In this document: positions 28,701 through 36,376 of the stretch, in pieces | Position numbering within the stretch: the stretch's first letter is position 1 | Layout of the letters: the number at the start of each line of letters is the position of its first letter | Assembly (NCBI GenBank): GCA_041479785.1 | Contig: JBGOYP010000001.1 | Location: forward strand, 1-38,691 | Direction of reading: 5' to 3' | Origin: Candidatus Aminicenantia bacterium | GTDB lineage: Bacteria > Acidobacteriota > Aminicenantia > Aminicenantales > UBA4085 | Length of the DNA stretch: 38,691 bases | The notes under the pieces: generated by a model | Seen by the model: the letters and a program-made list of their open reading frames with translations, nothing else | What the model was told of the DNA's origin: nothing | Databases searched by the model: none | Made by a program: the position numbers and the translations under genes

Positions 28701-28939
28701 TCGGCAACACGACCTACGGCTGGCTGATCTTCACGACGAGCGCCGGACTCATGAACGGCGGTTCGTTCCGCCTGCCGTATTGGGGTTGTTACACGCTCGA
28801 CGGCCAGGATATCGAGACGCTCGGAGGCATCAAGCCCGATATCCTCGTCATCAACGACCTGAGCCACGAGATCAACGGAACGGACCCGCAACTTGATAAG
28901 GCGGTCGAAAAAGCGTTGGAGCTCGTCAAGAAAAAATAA
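25781..28939 (+). CDS. Tricorn-type protease homologue (PD40/WD40 beta-propellers + PDZ + S41 peptidase), secreted
   Basis: The start is taken at ATG 25781, preceded by AAGGAGG (25766-25772), and gives the signal peptide MRRFKAFFLFLALLFGCLLSISSAQE. Repeated SPDG/PD40 units are present (ISPDGKQVAF, WSPDGQSLAF, VSPDGRSLVF, LSPDGKKIAA, FSPDGKWIAY, WSPDGKFIAV). A PDZ-like segment is followed by the S41 core LILDLRFNSGGNV ... VVLTNEVTLSDGEM. Confidence 0.82.
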   Translation: MRRFKAFFLFLALLFGCLLSISSAQEKALVGARHPAISPDGKQVAFSYMGDFWVVSADGGKAYRLTDHVAYEREPVWSPDGQSLAFTSNRFGNNDVFVMKAQGGTPVQLTFHTGDDVATDFTPDGNGVIFRSSRASSSSLYKIPVTGGNEIPVLETYWNWAYHARVSPDGRSLVFSEGMENGYWWRRGYRGANTAKVWISELAGGGIKKVVDDTANAFWPDWSVDGGRLYYVSDRTSGVYNIWSASRDGSDKKPVTSFKNGDVRWMSVAARAPLAAFERDFGIWLTDLRTGASRQVAIDAPAETKENRTFFIENGPVSEYRLSPDGKKIAAVVRGEIFILSPDGGYARNITNSPWREKDIDWDKDSRAIVYVSDINARPDLFLISALGDGTPRRLTDSAEDENTPRFSPDGKWIAYYRGQRQLRVVQPDGQGDRLLAEGDFGGRFADDFVWSPDGKFIAVAASRNANQDLFAVELATGAMRLLTNTAYDEAMPTWTADGKSILFLSNRTGHSFPEFTGQRDLYQLHLQPVPPEFAEDDFDKMFAKEEADKAAKPEPKKDEKAPDITLKLDNLDRQTEIVVSTLGNEQQFVHLAKDDSVVFVSNMDGRSHFWKTSLKRKERGRFEAFMPQVNNPSSLQLDKKGDALYYLSGGQVGRIELTAQRQKNVAFETKIMVDKTADYEQMLGELYYTLEDYYYDSAHHKVNWREIFERYRPVLQQVREDQDFADYADVMIGWINSSHMGFTMPRTGRIDQPSAHVGAVWSFEGGKVVLSRVIKDGPLYDQRDNVTVGDELVAVDGKSVDPAKNIWTYFNGKLDKRLKLGFKSAKTQKTSEVAVKAISAADENRLLLEEWIAGRRDIVRQKTDDQVAYLYMRAMGMGDLNRFLLELERDAVPRKGLILDLRFNSGGNVHDRVLQALMQPKYAKWQKRGLGETPQSSFGFADKPVVVLTNEVTLSDGEMTTNGFKALKRGPVVGNTTYGWLIFTTSAGLMNGGSFRLPYWGCYTLDGQDIETLGGIKPDILVINDLSHEINGTDPQLDKAVEKALELVKKK

Positions 28940-28940
28940 C

Positions 28941-28969
28941 GGGCCCGGGGGCGCCCGGGGGCGCCCGGG
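28941..28969. repeat. GC-only tandem 10-mer (about 3 copies) containing three CCCGGG palindromes; potential strong hairpin between the tricorn and transglutaminase genes
   Basis: The sequence is gggCCCGGGggcgCCCGGGggcgCCCGGGt. CCCGGG occurs at 28944-28949, 28954-28959 and 28964-28969 (period 10). Adjacent copies can pair as a 6-bp GC stem with a 4-nt loop. No U-tract follows. Confidence 0.6.
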
Positions 28970-28983
28970 TGAGATGATCGAAG

Positions 28984-30960
28984 ATGACGGCCATGATAAG
29001 AGCGAACCGAGACCAAGGCCATGTCGGGCACGAGAGGGTCGGACGGGCCCTTGCCGCGGTATTTTTTCTCGTTTATTTTGCGTCTTATGGTTTTTCCGCG
29101 GCGTTCGCGCCCGGCGAAAAGTGGTTCCTGATCACGATCGCCGACAGCCCGGTCGGCTATCTCCATGACGTCGCCGCGCGCAAAACGGGGGCGGCGGAAC
29201 CGCTCGTCCTCCATTCGTCCGAAATGAAAATGGTCCTCAACCGCCTGGGGGTTCGAGTCGAGATGCGCTTCGTCACGACCTCGGAAGAGACCGAACGCGG
29301 CGAGCTGAAGAAAGTCGGATACGAACTCCAGGCGTCGGTCATGTCCACCAAGACAGAGGCCGTCGTCGAAGCCGGCCGCATTTCGCTCAAGAGCGAAGCC
29401 GGCGGGAAGAGCTATAAGCGGACGATCGAGTACGCGGGAACGCTCCTGGGCGAGGACGGCATCCGGCAGCTCGCGGAAAAAAACCTCAAGAAACCGGGTG
29501 ACGCCGTCTCGTTCCAGACGTTCATTCCCGAACTCGAGGCGGTGAGCCAAGGACGGCGCAAAGTCCTGGAGCGGGAGACGCTCCGACTGAACGGAAAAGA
29601 CGTGCGCACCGTCAAGGTCGAGGAATATATCGAGGCCAACGCCGTGGCGAGCATAGCCTGGCTCGACGAAAACGGCGATATCGTCAAGGAAAATATGTCG
29701 ACACCCTTCGGGATCGGGGTCTCCGTCCTCACGGACAGGGCCCGGGCTCTCGCCGCGGCCGAGGGCGGTGAGCTTCCCCCGGAAATTTTCGAGCGGTCGG
29801 TCATCCGGTCGAACGTCCGGCTGCCCAAGGCCCGTTCGGTCGAATATCTAAAGCTTAAACTTATTCACAAAAACCCCGACCTGGGATGGCCGGACCTGGC
29901 CCTGCCTTTCGAGACCGTGTTGTCGAAAGATAAAAGCGCGCTCGTCATAGAAGTCCGCCGGCCGTCTATACCGAAGCCAACGGCCTTTCCGGTCCGGCTT
30001 GACGAAGGGAACCGGCCGTATCTCGAGCCCAACGCTTATATCCAGTCGGACGAAGAAGGCCTCCTGTCGCTCGCCCGGTCCATCATCGGCCCGGAAAAGG
30101 ACGCGTTCCGCGCGGCGCTGAAGCTCGAGCGCTGGGTCGCGGACAACATGACCTTCGACCTCGGGATCGCCCTGGCGCCGTCGTCCGAAATCTTCCGCAA
30201 CAAGCGGGGGACGTGTCTGGGGTATGCGACGCTTTTGGCCGCGCTGACCCGCGCGGTCGGAATTCCGTCGCGCGTCGTTTTGGGCTACGTCTATGCCCTC
30301 GCGATCTTCGGCGGGCATGCCTGGACCGAGGTCCTCGTCGACGGGACTTGGATTCCGGTCGACGCGGCGATCCCGGCCTCGGGCGTCGCGGACGCGGCCC
30401 GCCTCGGCATCGTCACGACCTCGTTCGGAGACGGAGCGGGTCTTCTCAGCGGCGGCGCGGGCCTGAAGCTCTTCGGCCAGGTCGACATCAAGGTCCTCGA
30501 ATACGCGGGCCCGGACGGGAGAAAAATCCAGGTTTCCGAAGGCGCGGCGCCATACAGAGTGACGGGAGATCTCTACGAAAATCCCGCCCTCGGCGTCTCG
30601 CTCACGAAACCCCCGGAGGCCCGGTTCACGAAGCTCGACGCCGCCTGGCCCGATACGGTCATCGTCCGTTGGGAAAGTCCGGCCGGAGAGCGGGTCGAGC
30701 TTCAAGAGGCTTATCTCAAGCCCTGGAGCGCCGAGGTCGACGCCGCCGCGGCGATCCTGAATTCGCTCGGAATTCCGTCAAAGCCCGGGCGCGCGGACCG
30801 GCCCGGCTACAACGGCTATCTCGGGGCGTCCGGAGGCAAGGCGGCCCTCGTTCTTTTCGACCGGCCGGAGGCCTGGGTTTTGTTCGCCGAAGGGAAGGAG
30901 CCGGCCAAGCTCTTGGAGAAGGCCGCGGCGGGCCTGACGCTCACACCGACAGCGCGATGA
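28984..30960 (+). CDS. Transglutaminase-like (Cys-His-Asp core) domain protein, membrane-anchored/secreted
   Basis: N-terminal hydrophobic anchor ALAAVFFLVYFASYGFSAAFA. The core is RNKRGTCLGYATLLAALTRAVGIPSRVVLGYVY...GHAWTEVLVDGTWIPVDAA. The flanking ~350-aa N-terminal and ~200-aa C-terminal regions are unassigned. Confidence 0.8.
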   Translation: MTAMIRANRDQGHVGHERVGRALAAVFFLVYFASYGFSAAFAPGEKWFLITIADSPVGYLHDVAARKTGAAEPLVLHSSEMKMVLNRLGVRVEMRFVTTSEETERGELKKVGYELQASVMSTKTEAVVEAGRISLKSEAGGKSYKRTIEYAGTLLGEDGIRQLAEKNLKKPGDAVSFQTFIPELEAVSQGRRKVLERETLRLNGKDVRTVKVEEYIEANAVASIAWLDENGDIVKENMSTPFGIGVSVLTDRARALAAAEGGELPPEIFERSVIRSNVRLPKARSVEYLKLKLIHKNPDLGWPDLALPFETVLSKDKSALVIEVRRPSIPKPTAFPVRLDEGNRPYLEPNAYIQSDEEGLLSLARSIIGPEKDAFRAALKLERWVADNMTFDLGIALAPSSEIFRNKRGTCLGYATLLAALTRAVGIPSRVVLGYVYALAIFGGHAWTEVLVDGTWIPVDAAIPASGVADAARLGIVTTSFGDGAGLLSGGAGLKLFGQVDIKVLEYAGPDGRKIQVSEGAAPYRVTGDLYENPALGVSLTKPPEARFTKLDAAWPDTVIVRWESPAGERVELQEAYLKPWSAEVDAAAAILNSLGIPSKPGRADRPGYNGYLGASGGKAALVLFDRPEAWVLFAEGKEPAKLLEKAAAGLTLTPTAR

Positions 30961-31576
30961 ACAGCTGGGCGGCGAAATAGCTCGACAGGATGATCGCCTG
31001 AGCGGCCGGGAATTTTTTCACGAAGCGATGGGCCGCGAGGACCGAGTCCGAGACGACGAACAGCAGCGCTCCGACGAGCGCCGACAAAGCCTTCCCCCCG
31101 CCAACACCGATGAAGCGTTCGGCCGCGAGCGCGGCCATTATCGTAACGACGACGATGTAGAGGAAGACGGGCAGCCGCATTTTTTCGAGATAAGGCGCCA
31201 GGGTCCGCATCATGAACAGCGCGTAGAGAAAGAAGGGGAGAAGGGTGCCGAAGTGGAGATGATAGGTCATCGTGGAGAGAAACGCGATGATATAGAAGAC
31301 GTGGGCGGCGAGAAAGCTCGCCAGCCCTTCGATAAAGCGTTTGGGCCGCAGCATGAGAAAGACGTCCCCCAGCATCGAGCTTCCCAGCCCGGCGAGAATC
31401 CAGCCCCGGTAGCGCGGATACGGGTTCTGTGCGAGCAGGACAAGGACGATGACGCCGGCCATGGCGAGGGGCTTGAACACGTAGACCAACCGCCACCGGC
31501 CGCGGTAATCGAAAATAATCGTGAGGACGGCCGCGGCGACGATGAGGACGGCGAGAACGATCACGCGAGGTTCCAT
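30941..31576 (-). CDS. YhhN-family membrane protein (lysoplasmalogenase-like)
   Basis: 211 aa, polytopic. YhhN-type motifs are VFKPLAM, GLGSSMLGDVFLM and GLASFLAAHVFYIIAF. Confidence 0.7.
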   Translation of the reverse strand: MEPRVIVLAVLIVAAAVLTIIFDYRGRWRLVYVFKPLAMAGVIVLVLLAQNPYPRYRGWILAGLGSSMLGDVFLMLRPKRFIEGLASFLAAHVFYIIAFLSTMTYHLHFGTLLPFFLYALFMMRTLAPYLEKMRLPVFLYIVVVTIMAALAAERFIGVGGGKALSALVGALLFVVSDSVLAAHRFVKKFPAAQAIILSSYFAAQLFIALSV

Positions 31577-31588
31577 GTCAGCCGTCCA

Positions 31589-32404
31589 TTACGGGCGTTC
31601 TATCCGCAGCTTCTCCCGGGCTTCGGCGAACATCGCTTCGGCGTAGCTCGACGGCCAGGTCCGCTCTTCGAACGTCCGCCTCTCGACCATTTTTAAAAAA
31701 CCTTCGAATTCGTGAAAATAGGACCCGTAGATATGGAAGCTGTCCACGAGGTCGGCATACCGGCCGACCCGGACCGGTTTTCCGATATTCGCGGCGATGC
31801 GGCCGGCGATGACCCGTTGCAGCTCGGTCAGGGCGAAGACGTTCATGTACGCCGCTTTGTAGGCGTCGCGGGACCGCCAGTGGGCGTTCATATTCAAAAC
31901 CGGGACGTTCCTCTCGTCCTCGAGCATCCGGCACCAGACGCGCTGAAGACAAGGCGGGTCGTAGGTCGGGGGGTCGAGCTTGACGTTCCAGGTGATCGCC
32001 TGGGCCCGGCGGGAATGGCCGGCTCGGCTGAGCTTATCGACGATATATCCGACCTGGTCGATCGCCTCGCCTTCGATCTCGTAGGCGAACAGACGTTTAT
32101 GATAGGTGTAGGTCCATTTCCCCTCCTCGGGAGCGATCCAGTGGTCGTGAACGCCGTCGACCACTTCCTGGCGATAGACCTCGAGGTCCTCGAGGCCGCC
32201 CGGGAACGCCCTGTGGATGCGGGGCTCGGCGAAGGGGTCTTCGACGACCCAGAGCATCGTGCAGTCGCGGCTGGGCGGGTCGCCGGCTTTATCGTATTCG
32301 GTTTTTATAGCGGCGCCTTTGCGCCAGCACTCGAGCACCGCTTTTTCCCAAGCCTCGGGGAGTGTTTGTCCGTGCACGTATAGCGTCGGAATGTTGCCGT
32401 TCAT
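31589..32404 (-). CDS. Thymidylate-synthase-fold protein, archaeal/methanogen-type ThyA-like
   Basis: The start is taken at M26 of the ORF (ATG comp. 32404), preceded by GGAGGTGA. The TS active-site pattern is retained: SRRAQAITWN, DPPCLQ (nucleophile Cys), WRSRDAY (R-S-x-D), AAYMNVFAL (Asn) and VDSFHIYG (D-x-H-x-Y). The N-terminal half does not resemble canonical bacterial ThyA. Confidence 0.65.
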   Translation of the reverse strand: MNGNIPTLYVHGQTLPEAWEKAVLECWRKGAAIKTEYDKAGDPPSRDCTMLWVVEDPFAEPRIHRAFPGGLEDLEVYRQEVVDGVHDHWIAPEEGKWTYTYHKRLFAYEIEGEAIDQVGYIVDKLSRAGHSRRAQAITWNVKLDPPTYDPPCLQRVWCRMLEDERNVPVLNMNAHWRSRDAYKAAYMNVFALTELQRVIAGRIAANIGKPVRVGRYADLVDSFHIYGSYFHEFEGFLKMVERRTFEERTWPSSYAEAMFAEAREKLRIERP

Positions 32405-32460
32405 CGTCACCTCCGGGCTCCAGATTGGGTTTTTATCACAGGACCGAGAGACGGTCAAAT

Positions 32461-32489
32461 TTGTCGAATTCGGGGACATGTACTAAAAT
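32461..32489 (+). promoter_or_regulatory. Promoter-like element upstream of the URO-D family gene
   Basis: TTGTCG (32461-32466), a 17-nt spacer, then TAAAAT (32484-32489). It lies 14 nt before ATG 32504, with no Shine-Dalgarno. Confidence 0.3.
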
Positions 32490-32503
32490 TCCCTGGGATT
32501 CAG

Positions 32504-33529
32504 ATGGCGATGACGGGCCGCGAGCGCATCGAAAACCTGCTGGCCGGGAAACCGGCCGACCGCGTCCCCTTCTGCCCGGCCGTTTACGAGCACAAGGCGG
32601 CGCTCATCGGCGCGACGCCCTCGGACCTGAGCCGCGACTCGGGCCTCTTTGAACGCGCTCTTGTCCGGGAAATCGAGCTTTACCGGGCCGACCTCGTCGT
32701 CGTCGGGTGCGACGTTTACAATGTCGAAGCCGAAGCCGCCGGATGCCGGGTCCGTTTCTTCGGTTCCAACGACGTCCCCTCGATTTCGGAACGGATCGTC
32801 CGGCCGGGAGATGACATATCGAGGCTGCGCGTTCCCGACCCCGAGAAAGACGGCCGGATGCCGGTCTGTCTCGAGGCCGGACGGCGGATACAGGCCCGGT
32901 TCGGCCGAGACGTCGTCATCCGCGGCGCCCTCAGCGCGCCGTTTTCTATGGCCTGCGAGATGGCCGGGTCCGAGAACCTGCTGATGGCCATGGTGGACGA
33001 CCCGGCCTGGGTCTCCCGGCTCCTGGCCTATGCGGCCGAGGTCACCAAAGCCTACGGCCGGGCGTTCCAAAAACGCGGTCTGGGCGTCGTTCTGTTCGAT
33101 TCTCACGCCTCGCCGCCCCTCGTCTCTCCCGGCCTCTTTAGGAATATTATTCTCGCCCCCACGGCCGCGGCTATCCGGTATTTCCGGGACGACCTCGATA
33201 TTCCGCTCGTCCCCTACATCCTTGGCGGCGACACGACGGGCCTGCTCGACCTCATCCTCGAAACGGGGACGAATAATATTCTCTGTGATTTCCGCGCCGA
33301 CCTCGAACGATTCATCGCGCGCCTCACGGGAACGGCCGTTCTTCTCCGGGCGAACCTCGACCCGCGATTTCTTCTGGCCGCCCCCATCGCCGCCCTCAAA
33401 GCCCGAACGCGCGAGACCCTAGCCGTCGGCCGACGCTTTCCCGGGTTTCTCCTCGGCACGGGGATCCTCCCTTACGACATCCCGCCGGAAAAAGTAATCG
33501 CCGTCCGCGAAGCGGTCGAAGAAAACTAA
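32504..33529 (+). CDS. Uroporphyrinogen-decarboxylase (URO-D) family protein, non-canonical (neither clear HemE nor Zn-dependent MtaA/CmuA type)
   Basis: 341 aa. URO-D-like blocks are RGALSAPFSMACEMAGSENLLMAMVDDP, VLFDSHASPPLVSPGLFRNIILAP and PYILGGDTTGLLDLILETG. I cannot find the HemE N-terminal RQAGR motif. The position of the MtaA H-x-C Zn motif reads I-L-G-G. Confidence 0.6.
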   Translation: MAMTGRERIENLLAGKPADRVPFCPAVYEHKAALIGATPSDLSRDSGLFERALVREIELYRADLVVVGCDVYNVEAEAAGCRVRFFGSNDVPSISERIVRPGDDISRLRVPDPEKDGRMPVCLEAGRRIQARFGRDVVIRGALSAPFSMACEMAGSENLLMAMVDDPAWVSRLLAYAAEVTKAYGRAFQKRGLGVVLFDSHASPPLVSPGLFRNIILAPTAAAIRYFRDDLDIPLVPYILGGDTTGLLDLILETGTNNILCDFRADLERFIARLTGTAVLLRANLDPRFLLAAPIAALKARTRETLAVGRRFPGFLLGTGILPYDIPPEKVIAVREAVEEN

Positions 33530-33573
33530 TTCCTCTTTCCTTGCAGAAAACCCCCTTCTCGAGCGTCTTCTCT

Positions 33574-34335
33574 ATGGTGGACAGGACCGCGCCCATGGAC
33601 GAACCTTCAGACACCCGGCCTCTTGGCGACGGCGTCAACGACGGCCACCGGCGCCGCCTTCGCGAGAAATTTCTCCGCGGCGGCCTCAACGCTTTTCTCG
33701 ATTATGAGGTCGTGGAGCTCCTGCTGACCCTCGGAACTCCGCGCAAAGACTGCAAAGAGCAGGCTCGTCAGGCGCTCCGCGAGTTCAGGTCGCTCCGGGG
33801 CGTCCTAGAGGCCGACGGCTACGAGCTTCAAAGAATCAAGGGGATCGGCGCCCACAACGTCTTCGGCATCCGGCTCGTCCAGGAGGTCTCGCGCCGTTTC
33901 CTCAAGGAACGGATGATGAGCCGGCCCTACTGCCGGTCGTCGCGCGAAGTTTTCGATTATCTGTATCACGCTCTCCGCGACCTCAAGAAGGAAAATTTCA
34001 AGGTCCTCTTCCTCGACCCGAAAAACCAGATCATCGAGGAAAAGACGCTTTTCGAGGGCACGGTCGACTCGAGCGCCGTCTATCCCCGGGAGATCATGAA
34101 GGACGCTCTCCGCTACGACGCGACGTCGCTCATTTTCGTCCACAACCATCCCTCCGGCGACCCGGAGCCGTCGCTCTGCGACAGGGAAATCACGAAAGAG
34201 CTGGTGTTCGCGGCCAAAGTCATGCAGCTCAAAGTCCTCGACCACATCGTGATCGGCAATAACTGTTATTTCAGCTTCGCTGATCGCGGGCTGATCGACG
34301 ACTTCGACCTTATGTTCTTGAATATGAACAAATAA
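33574..34335 (+). CDS. radC: RadC-family JAB/MPN domain protein
   Basis: The HhH-like N-terminus is RRRLREKFLRGGLNAFLDYEVVELLLTLG. The JAMM motif is LIFVHNHPSGDPEPSLCDREIT. The start is uncertain: TTG 33541, ATG 33574 or ATG 33595. Confidence 0.85.
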   Translation: MVDRTAPMDEPSDTRPLGDGVNDGHRRRLREKFLRGGLNAFLDYEVVELLLTLGTPRKDCKEQARQALREFRSLRGVLEADGYELQRIKGIGAHNVFGIRLVQEVSRRFLKERMMSRPYCRSSREVFDYLYHALRDLKKENFKVLFLDPKNQIIEEKTLFEGTVDSSAVYPREIMKDALRYDATSLIFVHNHPSGDPEPSLCDREITKELVFAAKVMQLKVLDHIVIGNNCYFSFADRGLIDDFDLMFLNMNK

Positions 34336-34432
34336 ACGATTCGCGGCCGCGTCGCGCGAAGGGGGCGTCGTCTTGAGCATTCCTTGAATGAATCCCTCCT
34401 TCCAGGTAAACTGATGGGGAAGGGAGAAGGCC

Positions 34433-36103
34433 ATGTCCGAACAGACGAGTATTCACGCGTCCCCGCAACCTATCGAAGAGATCGCCGCCCGCCTCGGGAT
34501 CAAGTCGGAGTATCTGGAAAAATACGGTGCGTACAAAGCCAAGATCGACCTTCGCCAATACCAAGCGAGCGCTAAAAGCCCCGGCCGGCTTATCATGGTC
34601 ACGGCGATGACGCCGACGCCCTCGGGCGAAGGAAAAACGACCACGGCGATCGGGCTGACGGACGCCTTGAATCGGCTGGGAAAGACGGCGGCCGTGGCGA
34701 TCCGAGAGCCGTCGCTCGGCCCGGTCTTCGGGTTGAAAGGCGGAGCCACGGGCGGTGGCCGGGCCCGCGTCGTTCCGAGCGACGACATCAACCTCCATTT
34801 CACGGGCGATATGCACGCCGTCACCGCGGCCCATAACCTCCTGGCGGCGATGGTGGACAACCGTCTTCATTTCGACAACGTCTGCGGCCTCCTCGACTGT
34901 AAAACCGTCGCCTGGCGACGGGCCCTGGACATGGACGACCGCGTTCTTCGCGATATCGTCATCGGGCTAGGCGGTCCGCTCCAGGGCATAGCCCGGGAGA
35001 CGGGGTTTGATATCACGGCGGACTCCGAGGTCATGGCCATCCTTTGCTTGGCCACGGACCTCAAGGATTTGAAAGACCGGCTGTCCAGGATCTGCGTCGG
35101 CTATTCGCCCGGAGGCCTGCCCGTTTTAGCCGGCCAGCTCAACGCCGCCGGGGCCATGGCCGCCCTCCTCAAGGACGCCATCCGGCCCAACCTCGTCCAG
35201 ACGCTCGAAGGCTCGCCGGCCTTCATCCACGGCGGCCCGTTCGCCAACATCGCCCACGGGACGAACTCCGTGATCGCCACGAGAATGGCCCTCGGCTTGG
35301 CCGATTACGTGGTCACGGAGACGGGATTCGCCTCCGACCTCGGCGCCGAAAAATTCTTCGACATCGTCGTCCGAACCGGCCAGGTCCCGCCGCCCGCCGC
35401 GGTCGTGATCGTCGCCACGATCCGGGCGCTCAAGTATCACGGCGGCGTCCCGCTCGATTCCATCGCCGCGGAAAATTCGGCCGCGGTCGAAAGAGGCTTC
35501 GAAAATCTCGAAAAACACATCGAGAATATGCGGCTTTACGGCGTTCCTTTAGTCGTCGCCCTGAACAAATTCCCGGCGGACGCTCCGGGCGAGGTCCAAT
35601 CTTTAGAGGCGCTGTGCCGCAGAGCGGGCGTCCGGTTCGCGCCGAGCGATGTCTTCGGGCTCGGGGGAAAGGGCGGAACCACGTTGGCATCCGAAGTCCT
35701 GAAGGCGATCGACCAGGATAAGCACGATTTCAGATTCCTCTATCCTCTCGAGATGCCGCTCCTCGACAAAGTCGAGACCATCGCCCGGAAGATTTACGGC
35801 GCCAAAGGCGTGGAAATGGAGGGCAAGGTCCAGCGGAAGATTCTGAAGTTCGAGAAGGACGGGTTCGCCGGCCTTCCCGTCTGTATCGCTAAAACCCAGT
35901 ATTCTTTTTCCGGGGATGAAAAAGCGCACGGCAGGCCGCGGGATTTCACGCTTATCGTGACCGAAGCCCTGCTGAGTGCCGGGGCGGGGTTCGTCGTCGT
36001 CCTGTGCGGCGATATCATGACCATGCCCGGCCTTCCGAAGGTTCCCCAGGCGGAAAAGATCGATGTCGCCGAAGACGGCACGATCACCGGCATCATCGGC
36101 TGA
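34433..36103 (+). CDS. fhs: Formate--tetrahydrofolate ligase
   Basis: 556 aa. VTAMTPTPSGEGKTTTAIGL P-loop, GGPFANIAHG and CIAKTQYSFS. Confidence 0.93.
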   Translation: MSEQTSIHASPQPIEEIAARLGIKSEYLEKYGAYKAKIDLRQYQASAKSPGRLIMVTAMTPTPSGEGKTTTAIGLTDALNRLGKTAAVAIREPSLGPVFGLKGGATGGGRARVVPSDDINLHFTGDMHAVTAAHNLLAAMVDNRLHFDNVCGLLDCKTVAWRRALDMDDRVLRDIVIGLGGPLQGIARETGFDITADSEVMAILCLATDLKDLKDRLSRICVGYSPGGLPVLAGQLNAAGAMAALLKDAIRPNLVQTLEGSPAFIHGGPFANIAHGTNSVIATRMALGLADYVVTETGFASDLGAEKFFDIVVRTGQVPPPAAVVIVATIRALKYHGGVPLDSIAAENSAAVERGFENLEKHIENMRLYGVPLVVALNKFPADAPGEVQSLEALCRRAGVRFAPSDVFGLGGKGGTTLASEVLKAIDQDKHDFRFLYPLEMPLLDKVETIARKIYGAKGVEMEGKVQRKILKFEKDGFAGLPVCIAKTQYSFSGDEKAHGRPRDFTLIVTEALLSAGAGFVVVLCGDIMTMPGLPKVPQAEKIDVAEDGTITGIIG

Positions 36104-36178
36104 GGAATATCGACGCCACGCCAGCGCCCTCCGGACTTAGGGGCTTTTCTGCCCCTCGAGGAACTCTCGACGGCCGGG

Positions 36179-36207
36179 TTTACACCTCTACCCGATTGTG
36201 ATAAAAA
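36179..36207 (+). promoter_or_regulatory. Sigma70-like promoter candidate for recA (would give a ~160-nt leader)
   Basis: TTTACA (36179-36184), a 17-nt spacer, then TAAAAA (36202-36207) preceded by TGA (extended -10, TG at 36199-36200). Confidence 0.35.
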
Positions 36208-36376
36208 TGGGTTGGTTTCATGTCCGGAATAAGGGACGCGCGCCGTGGGAAAAGAATATCCGGAGGTGCGTCTTTCATAGTTGAGCGCCGTTTTCGCGAG
36301 GCTTCTAAAGGAAAGCCGGCGTGGTCGCCACGTCGCTTCGCCCCTCGCCATGACGAAACCTGATCAGGAGGCCCCG

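Noticed and set aside
27293-30980. Shadow ORFs 27293..28267(-), 28789..29550(-), 29848..30705(-), 30213..30980(+), 28333..28896(+)
   Set aside because: They overlap the tricorn and transglutaminase genes in other frames or on the other strand. Their composition is extremely Arg/Pro/Gly-rich and they lack independent start signals.
34336-34432. Possible ZTP (pfl) or THF riboswitch upstream of fhs
   Set aside because: The 97-nt gap lacks the conserved ZTP elements (the ACUGGCG-type pseudoknot strand and the 3' CCGCCUGGGC) and any THF-riboswitch-like core that I can recognise.
31028-34870. ORFs 31028..31696(+), 31712..32383(+), 32483..33106(-), 33805..34434(-), 34310..34870(-)
   Set aside because: They are antisense to yhhN, the ThyA-like gene, the URO-D-like gene, radC and fhs, and are R/D/E/G-rich shadow frames.
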